DNA of 64,000 bases, from sequence record OR496884.1; one strand, written 5' to 3'. This document shows positions 10,465-21,602 of this stretch, piece after piece; positions within the stretch are counted from its first letter, which is position 1, and each line of letters starts with the position of its first letter. A program made the position numbers and the translations under genes. The notes beneath the pieces were generated by a model, which was not told where the DNA came from, did not search any database, and was given only the letters and a program-made list of their open reading frames with translations.

Positions 10465-11523
10465 TTAATTAAATTGTTTACTCAGGAAGGAAGTTACTCC
10501 ACCCACATAATCATCCAGATACAGAGTTACCTTGGGTAGGAACCCACTGTAGAATGCAAATACTGGAACGTTTCCCTTTAATCTGGATTCCAAATCCCTG
10601 ATCAAATTAAAACTAATATTCCCTTTAAGAGATTCCAGGTGGAGATAACTCTTACCTACCACAGTATTGAAATCAATAATGTATTTTGCATATTTTTCAT
10701 TGGCATTTGAAAACGCTTTGAAAAACTCTACACCTTGATTAATTGTTGTCAGAAGCTTAACAACATCTTCCGTTGCAAAAGATGTGTCATTTTCTTTGAC
10801 AGAGACTTCATCAGAACTAACAGAAAACTGTTTTTGTTCCGAGTTAAACACAAAGTATTTACCACCTGGCAACACTTCTGAGGTTGACATAGAATCACGT
10901 TGTTCATTAAATTTAGGAGAGGGGTATTCCAGTCCATCTAATTTATGAAGTAATGAAATTGCGTCTTCAGTTGTTTTGATCCCAGTGATGTCTTTTAGAA
11001 GTTGGAGTTCTTTCTTATAAAAGCTCTCCAAATCCATTTCGAATTTCTTAACAACATCAAGTGTGGAAAATAGTAGTTCGGCGTCTTCTTGTAAATTTTC
11101 AATAGATCCTGACACTGAACATTTACTCAAAAATTCCTTTGTAAATTTGATTTCACCTTTAAGCTCGTTTTTCTTTGCTCTAGAGGCGATCATCGTTATT
11201 GCCATACGTCGGGTACCCAACGTGGTTATAATGGCTCCTGATGCGTTTTTAAGCGCTTTAGAGGCACCTTCATAACTCTTAGCAACTGTCCATTTTAAAC
11301 CAGTGGTAACTGATGATTGAACAGATGAAAAAACATTTGACAATAATGACTCGTTTCCTGCTATTAGTTCATCTGATTTAATAAAAGGTGCTAATGTTAC
11401 TTGTAACAAATCAGATTCAGCGGGTAATACCATAGTTGTTTCTACAGGCATATCAGAAACAACCTGGAGCGGATATCCGCTCCAGGAGATAGAGTCACTT
11501 GGTGTTTCATGATCTTGCATCAT
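10465..11523 (-). CDS. Internal head protein
   Basis: AGNE/SL motif; head cluster; exact start uncertain. Confidence 0.65.
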   Translation of the reverse strand: MMQDHETPSDSISWSGYPLQVVSDMPVETTMVLPAESDLLQVTLAPFIKSDELIAGNESLLSNVFSSVQSSVTTGLKWTVAKSYEGASKALKNASGAIITTLGTRRMAITMIASRAKKNELKGEIKFTKEFLSKCSVSGSIENLQEDAELLFSTLDVVKKFEMDLESFYKKELQLLKDITGIKTTEDAISLLHKLDGLEYPSPKFNEQRDSMSTSEVLPGGKYFVFNSEQKQFSVSSDEVSVKENDTSFATEDVVKLLTTINQGVEFFKAFSNANEKYAKYIIDFNTVVGKSYLHLESLKGNISFNLIRDLESRLKGNVPVFAFYSGFLPKVTLYLDDYVGGVTSFLSKQFN

Positions 11524-12778
11524 AACACTCCAAATTCAAGTTTACTGCTGTTAATATATGACTTGTTAAAACGGTCAAATAAGCAGAAACTTCGGTTCGG
11601 AACACATTGACTTGATGCTGATAGTCAGAAGTGATGTATTGATAAAGTGCAACTTTCATTGGATCAGCAGCGTTATCTTTTTTCAACGTATCAAGCACAT
11701 CTTTAACAGATACTTTATCCAAATCCAGTTTGTTGTAAAGATTGTTGAGTTCTTTAATGTAAGTCACAAGTTCTTTAGCAATTGTCAATAAACTAAACAT
11801 CTGAGATAAAGTCAGCGTTTCAATTGCAGTAGCACTTTCAGTGTTCTTACTTTCACTAGTTAAATGATAACCACACTCTGCCAGTGCAGTGATGTATGTT
11901 TCATTATCAGCAGGACTCTTCCAAGCTTCTTTAATCCATTTTGGATTAAGTACTTTACCAACTACGTTTCGATCACCTAATAGCGACTTAGACTGTTGCA
12001 TCAAGAATCGGGGATCTTGTTCTGGATCTTTTACTTTTTCAGTTAACAACTTAACTAAATCAAGTTTTACAACTCGACAGTCGTCACCTTGAACTGTGCC
12101 AAAATGTTTAAAGATGCTGGATTTAAAACGAGTCATTTCCATTTCATACAACTTAATAATTGTTGAAAGGTATTTTAACTCTTTTTCAACTTCAGTTGGG
12201 AAATTCCCATTAAATGTTCCATTAGGTTTAGAAAGTGTTTTAACTAAAATAGGATTATAGTTAACTTTTTCACAACCATCACGAAGAACATCCGCAGAAT
12301 CCAACGCGTCAGTTAGGTTCTCAATTCGCTTTTGTAAAATATCAAGAGAAGTGGTCAGTTCAGTCCAACGACGGGAAAAGGTATCTTGGAGTTGATTTGC
12401 CCAACGTTTAATGTCACGAAAGGTATCGTCCAAAATAGATTCCAAACCAGCCACTCGGCTTGCGCGCCATTCCTTTGGTGTGATATTCAAACCAAATGCT
12501 TCATTGCCAGTAATCTGTAAAACACCACCGGGTCGAAGTTTTAACCCACCAAAGTCATTAATAACACGATCTACTTCTGCTGCTTTATCTGGAGTAATTT
12601 CGTAGTCTGCTTTAGAATTGATAAAATCCAAAGCTTGGGTAACTTTCTCTTTTACTTCTACAGATGTACGAAGATCGTTTAATGCTTTTTTAGCTTCGGT
12701 TTGGAGTTCACCAACATTGGGAACTTTAGCCAAGCTAACTTCAGCCATCTGGAGGTCACGTACCAGTGTTTCACTCAT
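11507..12778 (-). CDS. Internal head protein (phiKZ gp92-like)
   Basis: TGNE/AF and AGLE/SI motifs; start moved to ATG 12778 with GGAG 7 nt upstream. Confidence 0.65.
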   Translation of the reverse strand: MSETLVRDLQMAEVSLAKVPNVGELQTEAKKALNDLRTSVEVKEKVTQALDFINSKADYEITPDKAAEVDRVINDFGGLKLRPGGVLQITGNEAFGLNITPKEWRASRVAGLESILDDTFRDIKRWANQLQDTFSRRWTELTTSLDILQKRIENLTDALDSADVLRDGCEKVNYNPILVKTLSKPNGTFNGNFPTEVEKELKYLSTIIKLYEMEMTRFKSSIFKHFGTVQGDDCRVVKLDLVKLLTEKVKDPEQDPRFLMQQSKSLLGDRNVVGKVLNPKWIKEAWKSPADNETYITALAECGYHLTSESKNTESATAIETLTLSQMFSLLTIAKELVTYIKELNNLYNKLDLDKVSVKDVLDTLKKDNAADPMKVALYQYITSDYQHQVNVFRTEVSAYLTVLTSHILTAVNLNLECYDARS

Positions 12779-13295
12779 AGTAGACTCCATCCAGACTCAT
12801 CAGGAATTTGGCGGTTAATTCAGGGCCCATCACAACTAAGATATCATAAAGATGACGATTTTCAATTTTGGAAAAATCAACATCTTCAATTTTAAATTTA
12901 TCTCGAGCTGGATCATATTCGTTATACATCACCGGAACTTGAATTTGTGTTCCTGGTTTAGAAATATTCAAACGACCAAAATCTTGACGGAGTTGTCCAG
13001 TTATTGCTTTAAAGGAAACTTTCCCATCGATGTAAGCAACTATTTTACGAACAAGTTCGCGGCGTGCCCCGACACCCATCCTGAAATTAACAAAACACCA
13101 ATTACGGAAATCGTCACCAATATATTCATTAGCAATACTGAAGATCTCCGAGTGGCTTTCTGCATTAGAAAGAAGACCAACTGAGTTGAACGTTTTCAAA
13201 AAGCTTTTAAGAATTTGTTCGTTGGCCTCCATCCTGCTATCGGTCATATCCAAAGGAACTAGACCAAAGCGAGCATGACGGAAATCTTTAGCCAT
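12771..13295 (-). CDS. Conserved hypothetical protein (phiKZ gp91-like, tentative)
   Basis: ATG 13295 overlaps the upstream stop; ORF-track start 13388 lies deep inside the upstream gene. Confidence 0.65.
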   Translation of the reverse strand: MAKDFRHARFGLVPLDMTDSRMEANEQILKSFLKTFNSVGLLSNAESHSEIFSIANEYIGDDFRNWCFVNFRMGVGARRELVRKIVAYIDGKVSFKAITGQLRQDFGRLNISKPGTQIQVPVMYNEYDPARDKFKIEDVDFSKIENRHLYDILVVMGPELTAKFLMSLDGVYYE

Positions 13296-14163
13296 TGTAC
13301 TTCTCCCGGACTTGACGAATGTATGCGTTGTCCTTGATGATCTGGTCAGTGTAGATCTCAATCTGGTGATCCAAAGTAGGATCTTCAAGACCGCTTGCCT
13401 TATTGTTCAGTCGAGCAATTTTCATTGCCATAAGGTCAATGCGGGCTTGTGCGGTTTTGATAGCGCGGACATCACGTTTCATCACCCAGAGCAGATACCA
13501 GTGAACGGGATTCAATTGGTGAGGAGAAAGTCCTTCTTTAATCGAAACCGCACCTAGTCCATCGACACCTTTTACAATTTCTTCAGAAAGTTCATCAACA
13601 ACTTCATCAGAAAGTTGTTCAATCATTTCAGAAAGTGTTTTAGCTGGTTGATTAAAACGAATCAGTAAGGTTGCGTAATAGTTAGCAGTGTCGGTAAAGA
13701 AAGAATAATCAACTTTAGTCAGTTGCTTGGTAATTTCAGTACCGTCATATGCATGGGTGGTGAGAACATCAATTACCATGGTGGTATAACGATTAAAGAA
13801 GTTGATCGCAGAAACTGCATCTAAGATTCCGCGCTCTTTAAACGTGACTGTATGTTCATCATAAACTTGGGTAGATGACTTATTAACCAGGTCTTTAAGA
13901 CGACCCATCCACAGTTCAATATTTTCGATACCAAAACCAATTACCCGAATCAAGTCAGCTTGGGTGTTTAGCCCTTTTTTAACTTGACCGTAAACTGATT
14001 TCAAAACTGCATTTTGATTAACAGTTCGAATCATTTCATCTTTGATTTCATCTTTTACATCAGAGAGCATTACCAGGTTATCTTTCAAACCAATCAGGTA
14101 ATTTTGCTCCCGTTCAATCACGTTGATAACTTCCCCTTTGCGGGTATCTTTAATATGTAACAT
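13288..14163 (-). CDS. Head protein (phiKZ gp90-like)
   Basis: 291-aa helical ORF following the gp89-like gene; recalled synteny. Confidence 0.6.
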   Translation of the reverse strand: MLHIKDTRKGEVINVIEREQNYLIGLKDNLVMLSDVKDEIKDEMIRTVNQNAVLKSVYGQVKKGLNTQADLIRVIGFGIENIELWMGRLKDLVNKSSTQVYDEHTVTFKERGILDAVSAINFFNRYTTMVIDVLTTHAYDGTEITKQLTKVDYSFFTDTANYYATLLIRFNQPAKTLSEMIEQLSDEVVDELSEEIVKGVDGLGAVSIKEGLSPHQLNPVHWYLLWVMKRDVRAIKTAQARIDLMAMKIARLNNKASGLEDPTLDHQIEIYTDQIIKDNAYIRQVREKYNG

Positions 14164-14165
14164 TG

Positions 14166-15254
14166 TTATCGCCCACCAAACAGTTTCAGAAGAGAAGCAA
14201 GATCCAAAGAGGTATCTTTCTTAGCAGTTGCAGTGATATTACGGATGGTGTAGCTTTCCGGTAAATTGCTGCCGCTGTTCCAGAATGTTATTAAACCTTC
14301 ACCATCATTAACAATGATGATAGTATTGGCAAGTACCGCTTTACGAATACGAGGCATGCCAGATTTATCAAAACGGAAACCGTTTTCACTTTCAATCTGT
14401 TTGGCTGTTTCAGAAGAAAGGATAATGGTATTAGCCATGGTATTCATGGACATAACACCGCTTGCAAGCGCAGCTGCACGGTTACGACTTTGACGGTCTT
14501 GCGCTTCTTCGTAATAACCGGAAAGATCATTGGTCCGAATATTAAATTCCCGCTTAATGATATCAGTGCCTTTGAGAAACTCTGGGCGAGTTAATTCATC
14601 AGCACGATACATCATCACACGACCAAACCAACCGTCTTCTGGACGAGCGGCTTCAAACATCACTTTAAGATCGTTTGAGGTCATGGGAACAGGAACTTCT
14701 TTAAAGTTCAGTGGGAAGGAAACTTGGGTTTGACCAATTTGGGTTTGAGCAGTTACTGTACGACCAACAGCCAAAGCCGCGTTAACAGTAATCTCACCTA
14801 ACTCTTTCCCGCCAAAGGTAGCACTCTTTCCATTAGTAGGTGCTGCTTCACAACCACTGATCAATTGCTTTTTAGCCAGTGCTTCAACGCCTTGCAAAGA
14901 AAGAAACCCGCCAGTGCGGCGAGGTTGGATCGAATCAACAAGACTGCTTATTTTGATACCGTCTATTTCACCTTGCATGGCAATGTGAGTTAACGCATCT
15001 TTAATATCACGAAGCATCGTAACAGTTAGCAAATCCTGCATGTAATCCATGTGGATAAGATCACGTTCAATAGCAACCATTGGTGCTACAGTAACTCGAC
15101 CTGCTGATTGAGAAACGGAGAGGGTGTTAAATGCATTGTATGCTTTACCAGCTACTCCAATGGCTTTTTCTGCCGCATTAACGACTTCACCAGTTTTACC
15201 AGCCGTTTTGGCAAGCTGCACCAGGAACCCGCCAAAGTTGATGACACTCAGCAT
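14166..15254 (-). CDS. Inner-body/head protein (phiKZ gp89-like)
   Basis: ATG 15254 with AAGGAG RBS; QGVE/A and SGCE/A motifs; divergent from the baseplate pair. Confidence 0.6.
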   Translation of the reverse strand: MLSVINFGGFLVQLAKTAGKTGEVVNAAEKAIGVAGKAYNAFNTLSVSQSAGRVTVAPMVAIERDLIHMDYMQDLLTVTMLRDIKDALTHIAMQGEIDGIKISSLVDSIQPRRTGGFLSLQGVEALAKKQLISGCEAAPTNGKSATFGGKELGEITVNAALAVGRTVTAQTQIGQTQVSFPLNFKEVPVPMTSNDLKVMFEAARPEDGWFGRVMMYRADELTRPEFLKGTDIIKREFNIRTNDLSGYYEEAQDRQSRNRAAALASGVMSMNTMANTIILSSETAKQIESENGFRFDKSGMPRIRKAVLANTIIIVNDGEGLITFWNSGSNLPESYTIRNITATAKKDTSLDLASLLKLFGGR

Positions 15255-15278
15255 CTTTGACTCCTTAAAGGTATAAAT

Positions 15279-16352
15279 ATGAATGAACAAGAAAATGATT
15301 TTACAAACTATTCGGGAGAGACCCTAGAAAAAAGAAAAGAGGTTTTTGACACCGCATTAAGGGATCAAGGTTCTCCAGGTTATACGTCACCATTAATAAA
15401 CTCTTTGAGGGGTTTTAGAATACTGGGGACGGGTCCGGCGATGATGCCGCTCTCGGATAACACCATAGGATTGAGCTTTGTAACAAGACCACAATTGAAT
15501 TTAACAGATGATAACGTTAGTCGGTCTGAAAAGCTTTGTAGCCTTTATGGATGCGGACAATATAGCATCGGTGCTTATATTAGAGGAATGTTGGATGAAA
15601 GGTGGGCGGCTGCAAATCAACCCGTTGCTTTGAACAATAAGATTCCATTTATTCCTTGTTTAACAAGTTACTTAAAAACAAGTACCGGTTTTGGTGATTT
15701 GCAAATGCAAATCCAAACTTCTGAACCAGGTATACGTGACCAAGTTTATCAACGGATCGCAAGTAAATTGGAAGAAAATGGTTTGTACACAATGTCACAA
15801 ACCTATTTTAATCCGAAGCCTGGAGTTATACCAGCTTTATTCCAAACTTGGGAAGATTACATTTCCGAAGTAACATCCGGGGATCGTAATCTAAGCCCTC
15901 GTGATTTTTATTTGTTTAGTAACCGTATTGATTTTGATTGCAGAATCTATCACTTGATTATGAACAAAGATGCGGAATACTTAGAACACATTTTTGCAAC
16001 GGTTCAATCTATTCCAAATACTTATCAAGCAGGTGCATTGGCTAACATTGATAATACTCAAAATTCAATGAGAGCTGAAGGTCAAGATGACTTTAGTGTC
16101 CAGTTTAGTTCCGTCGGAATGCGGTTTAATGAGCTTGGTTTAATACAATCGTTTAATGAACACAGTTTTGCTTACAACCCTAATCTTCGTCCAGAACGGC
16201 GCGCGGGATATTATCGGATGTTAAAAACATCGGAATACCAAGAATACGGTTACGGCGCTTATCCATTACTATTACCGATGGCTGATGATAGACGCAACCC
16301 AAATGGTGTTGGGCGATACGGTATAAAGTTGACCTGGTGGGTAGAACGTTAA
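15279..16352 (+). CDS. Baseplate/tail structural protein (phiKZ gp88-like)
   Basis: 357-aa plus-strand ORF upstream of the large wedge gene; recalled synteny. Confidence 0.55.
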   Translation: MNEQENDFTNYSGETLEKRKEVFDTALRDQGSPGYTSPLINSLRGFRILGTGPAMMPLSDNTIGLSFVTRPQLNLTDDNVSRSEKLCSLYGCGQYSIGAYIRGMLDERWAAANQPVALNNKIPFIPCLTSYLKTSTGFGDLQMQIQTSEPGIRDQVYQRIASKLEENGLYTMSQTYFNPKPGVIPALFQTWEDYISEVTSGDRNLSPRDFYLFSNRIDFDCRIYHLIMNKDAEYLEHIFATVQSIPNTYQAGALANIDNTQNSMRAEGQDDFSVQFSSVGMRFNELGLIQSFNEHSFAYNPNLRPERRAGYYRMLKTSEYQEYGYGAYPLLLPMADDRRNPNGVGRYGIKLTWWVER

Positions 16353-16403
16353 ATAACACGACATACTAACATTAAGGTTACTATTAAAATTTATGGAGTT
16401 GTT

Positions 16404-19322
16404 ATGGACTTTTCAGTTCTTGAAAAATATGCAAATAACCCTAGCCGGATTATTCCAATTATTTTTAATGGAATAGAGCAAGCGGCTGATGTCGGGGGAG
16501 GACAAATTAATGCAACAGGTCATCCTTTTTCTTATGCTATTGATTTGATCATTGGTACTAATTACAGTTTCATTAGTAGGCTAGGTGATAGCACAGCAAA
16601 AACTTATCAATCTCACGCTCGTAATTTGCAAGACTTATCTAAAGTAATGAGTGATGAAGATTGGGTGGGTGTCTTTTCAGAACCAAGCGGTGAAACCATT
16701 CGTTGGATCATTGGAATTGAGACATTAGAAAAAATAGCAAAAGACTTTATTGAACAAGATGGCGCTTTAGTTAACACCTATAAGAAATTGGAACTTCCGC
16801 CTGATACCCAGTTTTTTGTAGCCGGGATCCCCTTCCTGCTTGAAAATCCAGTTGAAATTAGGATTATGGAACATGGGGGTATTCAAGTCGTTTACGACAG
16901 TAGTTACAACTCCCCATTTAAACCGTTAACAGATAACTCCCCAGATCGAGAGATTATTCAAATTAATGGTTCTAGCAAACTTGCAATACACCTGCCTGTA
17001 AGACAACTGGAAATTAAAGAATATCCTAGTCGTCCGGTTAACGTGACTTCAGGGTATCGTGAAACAATTACATTTAATGATAAGTTGTTTGGGATACGGG
17101 CATTTATAACTCCGGATGGTTCTAACACTCGTCAAGAACTTTCTATTGTTTATAACAATGAAATTTTTGATCCGAATCAACCAACACTTGTCATCGACAT
17201 GATTGACGATAATAATTTTCAAGCAAGTATTCCAACCGTTTACCTGCAAAATGAAACTGCATTAGGTCGTTTGACTATTTTGACATACACGACTAGAGGT
17301 GCACTTTATCAAGATCTATCAACGCTAAGAACTCAAGAACATACAGTTGCATATTACGACTATCGTAATGAAAAGGGTAAGCTTGGAACATATTCCGAAG
17401 AATTGCGTAATGTTAATGAAGTCTTGGTGGACAGTCTTACACCTATCACTGGCGGTAAGAACGGATCAAGCTTTGAAGAAATAAAGAACATGGTGATATA
17501 CGGTTATCGTAGACGCCAGATACCTATTTCTAATAGTGATTTCAGTCAAGCGTTGTCACGTGCTGGATTTGATAATGCAAAATCAATTGACACCGTAAGT
17601 CGTCGAATTTTTAGAACAACTAAAAATCTTCCTATTCAGGAAAATAAGTTGTTTGAAGGAGATGACGTCGCGCGTTTTAATAGCTCTATCGGAACTTACA
17701 CAGGTAGTACGTTAACTTCTATCGAGGAACTGGTTGGTACCGGTAACGCAATCGACAACGGTAGACGTATCACAATCTTGCGTGGTTGTGTTTATGACAT
17801 CACCGAACAAACTCCAAGGCTGGTTCCGTTATACGAAATTAATGCACTAAAGAACGCCAGCAATCAAGTTAAAATAGATACCATGGGTAATCACTCAATG
17901 GTGTACCTTCCTTTCATGTATGTTATTGATATCACTAATGACAGGGCAGAGGTAAGATGTTATCGCGTAGCCAAACCAGAAATACGGTATCAAACATTCC
18001 GTTATGAAAATGCAACACTTGGAATGCAAGTTTCTGTTGGGTCCATTAATATTGTTTCTGATAATGATGGTTACACTATTTCTTTGGAAACTAAATCAAC
18101 AGATACCTATAAGCAGTTGGCTAATGAACTTGTTGGTATTCAGTTAAGTTTTAGTGTGGAAGGTTCTACAGCACCAGCAGTGATGAAAGGGACACTATTG
18201 GGTAAAACGGCTGAAGGCGAACGTGTTTTCCAGTTCAAGATACCGAGTCGATTTGATGTTGATGCGCTTGACACAATAGATCTTAAAAACTTTAATCAAT
18301 TTGGAAGACCTCAAGACACTGTTCGGGTGAATTTGGAAGAGACAGCTAATTTCATATTTACTTACAGTGGTGATGGATTAGCTTTAAAATCCGCTACAGA
18401 TTTTAAAATTGATCAGACGCTTTTTAATAATATCACAATTGCTATCATTGAAACAGAATACAAGTTGACTTTTGGTCAAACGTTAAACAGTCTGTATACT
18501 CGTATTCGACCGATGGTAGGTGAAGCACAGTACGAGAAGTATTTACAAGGTGTTCCTGAAACCTATCTCGATGACACGTTTGTTTACGAAAATGGTAAAC
18601 TAAAGATCGTTGACGGAAAGGCAGTAATTGAACATCGCAAAGGTGAAGTCGTTTATAATACGGATGGTTCAATCAGATGGAAGCATTTGGCAGGAACTAC
18701 TGTTTATGACGAAAACGGTGAACCAGTATTGCTTAAACCTCGTGAACTTAAATACCATTGGGATTTCATTGGTTTTGATTTCAACTATCTGTTAAGCGAA
18801 GATGACTATGACGGTGATTATGTAACGTTAGTAGAAGACTTCTTTGCCGAACAGGTTGATAGCGAAGTTATTGAGTTTAATAAGAAAACACTTGATGAAA
18901 CAAAGATTGTTTTCAAACCTCGATCCACTATGGGGTTCACACAAGTTATTCTTAATGAAAACATTACCAAAACAATTCGAACTGATATTCGTTTAGCAGT
19001 GACCTATTACTTGACAACAGAAGGTATGAGTAACGAAGATTTGAAACAGTCTTTGAAAAATAATACTCATAAAGTTTCCAATGAACAACTTTCAAAAGGG
19101 ACTTTCTCTGTTAGTGAGTTGACTAACCAATTAAGAACTGGTGACGCCGTAGCTGTTAAAGTTACTGCAACAGCAGGGATTGATAATGTTGATGTTATCA
19201 CTAACATCGATGAAACAAACGGTTTTTCAATTCGTAAAGTATTGGATCAAACATCTGACCGTCTGTTAACAATTAAAGAGGATATAGAGATTACTTTTAA
19301 AGCTCACATTCAAAATAAATAA
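16404..19322 (+). CDS. Baseplate wedge protein (T4 gp6 / baseplate J-like; phiKZ gp87-like)
   Basis: 972 aa; ITGGKNGSSFEEIK...RRQIPISNSDF resembles the GG.D.ES.EE.R...AVT..DY baseplate-J signature. Confidence 0.7.
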   Translation: MDFSVLEKYANNPSRIIPIIFNGIEQAADVGGGQINATGHPFSYAIDLIIGTNYSFISRLGDSTAKTYQSHARNLQDLSKVMSDEDWVGVFSEPSGETIRWIIGIETLEKIAKDFIEQDGALVNTYKKLELPPDTQFFVAGIPFLLENPVEIRIMEHGGIQVVYDSSYNSPFKPLTDNSPDREIIQINGSSKLAIHLPVRQLEIKEYPSRPVNVTSGYRETITFNDKLFGIRAFITPDGSNTRQELSIVYNNEIFDPNQPTLVIDMIDDNNFQASIPTVYLQNETALGRLTILTYTTRGALYQDLSTLRTQEHTVAYYDYRNEKGKLGTYSEELRNVNEVLVDSLTPITGGKNGSSFEEIKNMVIYGYRRRQIPISNSDFSQALSRAGFDNAKSIDTVSRRIFRTTKNLPIQENKLFEGDDVARFNSSIGTYTGSTLTSIEELVGTGNAIDNGRRITILRGCVYDITEQTPRLVPLYEINALKNASNQVKIDTMGNHSMVYLPFMYVIDITNDRAEVRCYRVAKPEIRYQTFRYENATLGMQVSVGSINIVSDNDGYTISLETKSTDTYKQLANELVGIQLSFSVEGSTAPAVMKGTLLGKTAEGERVFQFKIPSRFDVDALDTIDLKNFNQFGRPQDTVRVNLEETANFIFTYSGDGLALKSATDFKIDQTLFNNITIAIIETEYKLTFGQTLNSLYTRIRPMVGEAQYEKYLQGVPETYLDDTFVYENGKLKIVDGKAVIEHRKGEVVYNTDGSIRWKHLAGTTVYDENGEPVLLKPRELKYHWDFIGFDFNYLLSEDDYDGDYVTLVEDFFAEQVDSEVIEFNKKTLDETKIVFKPRSTMGFTQVILNENITKTIRTDIRLAVTYYLTTEGMSNEDLKQSLKNNTHKVSNEQLSKGTFSVSELTNQLRTGDAVAVKVTATAGIDNVDVITNIDETNGFSIRKVLDQTSDRLLTIKEDIEITFKAHIQNK

Positions 19323-19332
19323 CAAACAAAAT

Positions 19333-19365
19333 CTACTCTCTAGAGCACAATGCTCTAGAGAGTAG
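19333..19365. terminator. Bidirectional terminator between convergent genes
   Basis: Perfect 15-bp stem ctactctctagagca/tgctctagagagtag. Confidence 0.8.
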
Positions 19366-19373
19366 TAATATGT

Positions 19374-20045
19374 TTAATATTTCAAAAACGTATCAAGGTA
19401 TTCCAAATAAGAATCAATGGAAGCCAAAGTGGTATCGTTATCCAAATTCCACCAATCATACCAAATGGAAGGACGCGAGTCATCATCATAACACAACTTC
19501 GATACAAGCTCATCGAGACTAGTATTAAGGTAGTCATTATATTCAGAGACAGGTATCTCGCACCATTGATCTTTTTGAATAGGAACCAACAGATGACTTT
19601 GACAAACAGTAATTAAACGTGCTACTGCTCTTCGAAGATACGTCTGACGTTCCTTAGCGTCTCTAAGAGAACTCTTATCCAATTGTTCATGAACATACTT
19701 GATATGTTCACCGATCGTCTCTAGAAGCGTTTGACGAGCCTTAAAGAGTTCTTTTGCATTATGGGTTTCTACTGCAGATTTACCCAAGAGCATTCTTAAT
19801 CGGGTAGAATTGAATTCACTTTTAGCAGCTAAAAGAGTAATACTAATATCCATTAACTCATAATGAAAAATTCTGGGAGAAGCATCATTATGAACATCGT
19901 CAGTTAATGACTTAATAAATTCAATACAACCTTTTTTGCAGCGGGGCTGATTTGTAAATTCGAGATAATGTTCGCGAAACTTATTCTGGTTATTAATCAG
20001 AATCCGTAGCTCCGAAATTATCTTTTTAACTTCTTCTTTAACCAT
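19374..20045 (-). CDS. Hypothetical helical protein
   Basis: 223-aa ORF. Confidence 0.7.
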   Translation of the reverse strand: MVKEEVKKIISELRILINNQNKFREHYLEFTNQPRCKKGCIEFIKSLTDDVHNDASPRIFHYELMDISITLLAAKSEFNSTRLRMLLGKSAVETHNAKELFKARQTLLETIGEHIKYVHEQLDKSSLRDAKERQTYLRRAVARLITVCQSHLLVPIQKDQWCEIPVSEYNDYLNTSLDELVSKLCYDDDSRPSIWYDWWNLDNDTTLASIDSYLEYLDTFLKY

Positions 20046-20049
20046 GGTC

Positions 20050-21597
20050 TTATACCTTCATAGGGAGACCGAGCTCCTTGAGCAAGTTATTAATCGGAGT
20101 TTTAACTTGAGGAAGTTCTCGAAGAATACGGACGGTATCAATTGCTTCTTGCTTTAAATCAAGTCCAGGATAATAAGCTTTAAGCACTTTTGTGTCATCT
20201 GGCAGCAACCGTGGAAGATTTAAAGAACCATCGCTGTTTTTAGAAAAGAATTCATCCTCATGACCTGGTGTCGTTTCTTGATGTGCTTGAATAATTTTTT
20301 CAACATCCTGAGCAACATACGCCATACCAAGTGTTTGAAGAGATGTGATCCATTTACTAACGGAAGCAGTTGTGACGGCACAACGTTGCAAAACTTCTGA
20401 AATCAAGTTAACTGATTCATTAAAGTTAGTGATTGCATTTGAAAACGCCATGTAAGAACCGATCAATCCTACATGTTCAGGATACATTTGAACAACTGAA
20501 TCCAACAGAACAGCAAACTTATCATCTACTGCATCTTTCAAATTAGCATAATCAAATCCAGTAATACGATGATACTCATTTTCGTTTACACGCTTAATAT
20601 ATGATTTTTGCAGTTCTTTGTAAAGTGCAATGTGATCTTCGCTAATTGCCTGTTTGGTTTGTTCAAGGTTTGTTTTTAACAAATCACTGATATTTTTAAA
20701 GCTGGTTTCAACACCCAGATCTTTAATTTCAATATCATAAATTTGTTCAACCAACCGTTTAGCCATTTCAGCATATTTCGTTGGATCAAGATTTTCTACC
20801 ACTAATTTATCAAGTTCACTGGTAAAGTTGATAACATCAGCTTCTGTTACATTTTTACTTTTAACGATGCGTTTAAAGTTGTCAGTAATCCGTACGTAAT
20901 TATTTTTCACATTACGTGCTTTTTGACTACCTTCGATCAACAGTTGATATGCTTTTTCAATATCAGCAGAAGCTTTGTTCATTGCATTAACGACATCGCC
21001 CGCACTTTGCGCACGGTTCTTGACGATGGTCATTACTTCTTTACCGGTCACACCCTGAGGTAGTGTTTCCATGAACTCTTCTAAATTAAAGCTAACAGCT
21101 TCTTGAGTCCCACCAAATGCGCGAATCATGAAATTACGCAGCAACGGTTTGAGTTTTTCCATGTGCTGTTCTGCAGCTGCAATTTCTTTTTCGGTTTTAC
21201 TAAACCCAAACAACGATTTAAGTTTAACAATTGCCCAATCGATAACAGCACCCAGCCATTTACGAACAGCCTTGATGATGGCAACAAAACCTTCTTTCAA
21301 ACGACTAACGAAAGATTCACCACCCATTCTTGCATTATGTTTATCGTAAATCGGTAGAAAACTTTCAGTCCCTGAAATCTTTAATGCAGAAAAGGAATCA
21401 CGGTGCAAACGACCTTTACCAAAAAACTCTTTTGCAGAACGTTGTATAACTTTTAAAGATTCTTGACCAGTGTTTTCATACAAGTCATCAAGGGAGATAA
21501 GATCTTCTCCCTCTTCTGTTTTTGAAAGCACAGTGACCTTTTCACTTTCTCCATGGGGGGAAAGTTGAATAACACTTGAGAGTGCGACATCAGACAT
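20050..21597 (-). CDS. Internal head protein (phiKZ gp86-like)
   Basis: TGQE/SL, SGTE/SF and MGGE/SF motifs; ATG 21597 with GGAG. Confidence 0.65.
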   Translation of the reverse strand: MSDVALSSVIQLSPHGESEKVTVLSKTEEGEDLISLDDLYENTGQESLKVIQRSAKEFFGKGRLHRDSFSALKISGTESFLPIYDKHNARMGGESFVSRLKEGFVAIIKAVRKWLGAVIDWAIVKLKSLFGFSKTEKEIAAAEQHMEKLKPLLRNFMIRAFGGTQEAVSFNLEEFMETLPQGVTGKEVMTIVKNRAQSAGDVVNAMNKASADIEKAYQLLIEGSQKARNVKNNYVRITDNFKRIVKSKNVTEADVINFTSELDKLVVENLDPTKYAEMAKRLVEQIYDIEIKDLGVETSFKNISDLLKTNLEQTKQAISEDHIALYKELQKSYIKRVNENEYHRITGFDYANLKDAVDDKFAVLLDSVVQMYPEHVGLIGSYMAFSNAITNFNESVNLISEVLQRCAVTTASVSKWITSLQTLGMAYVAQDVEKIIQAHQETTPGHEDEFFSKNSDGSLNLPRLLPDDTKVLKAYYPGLDLKQEAIDTVRILRELPQVKTPINNLLKELGLPMKV

Positions 21598-21602
21598 TGT
21601 GA

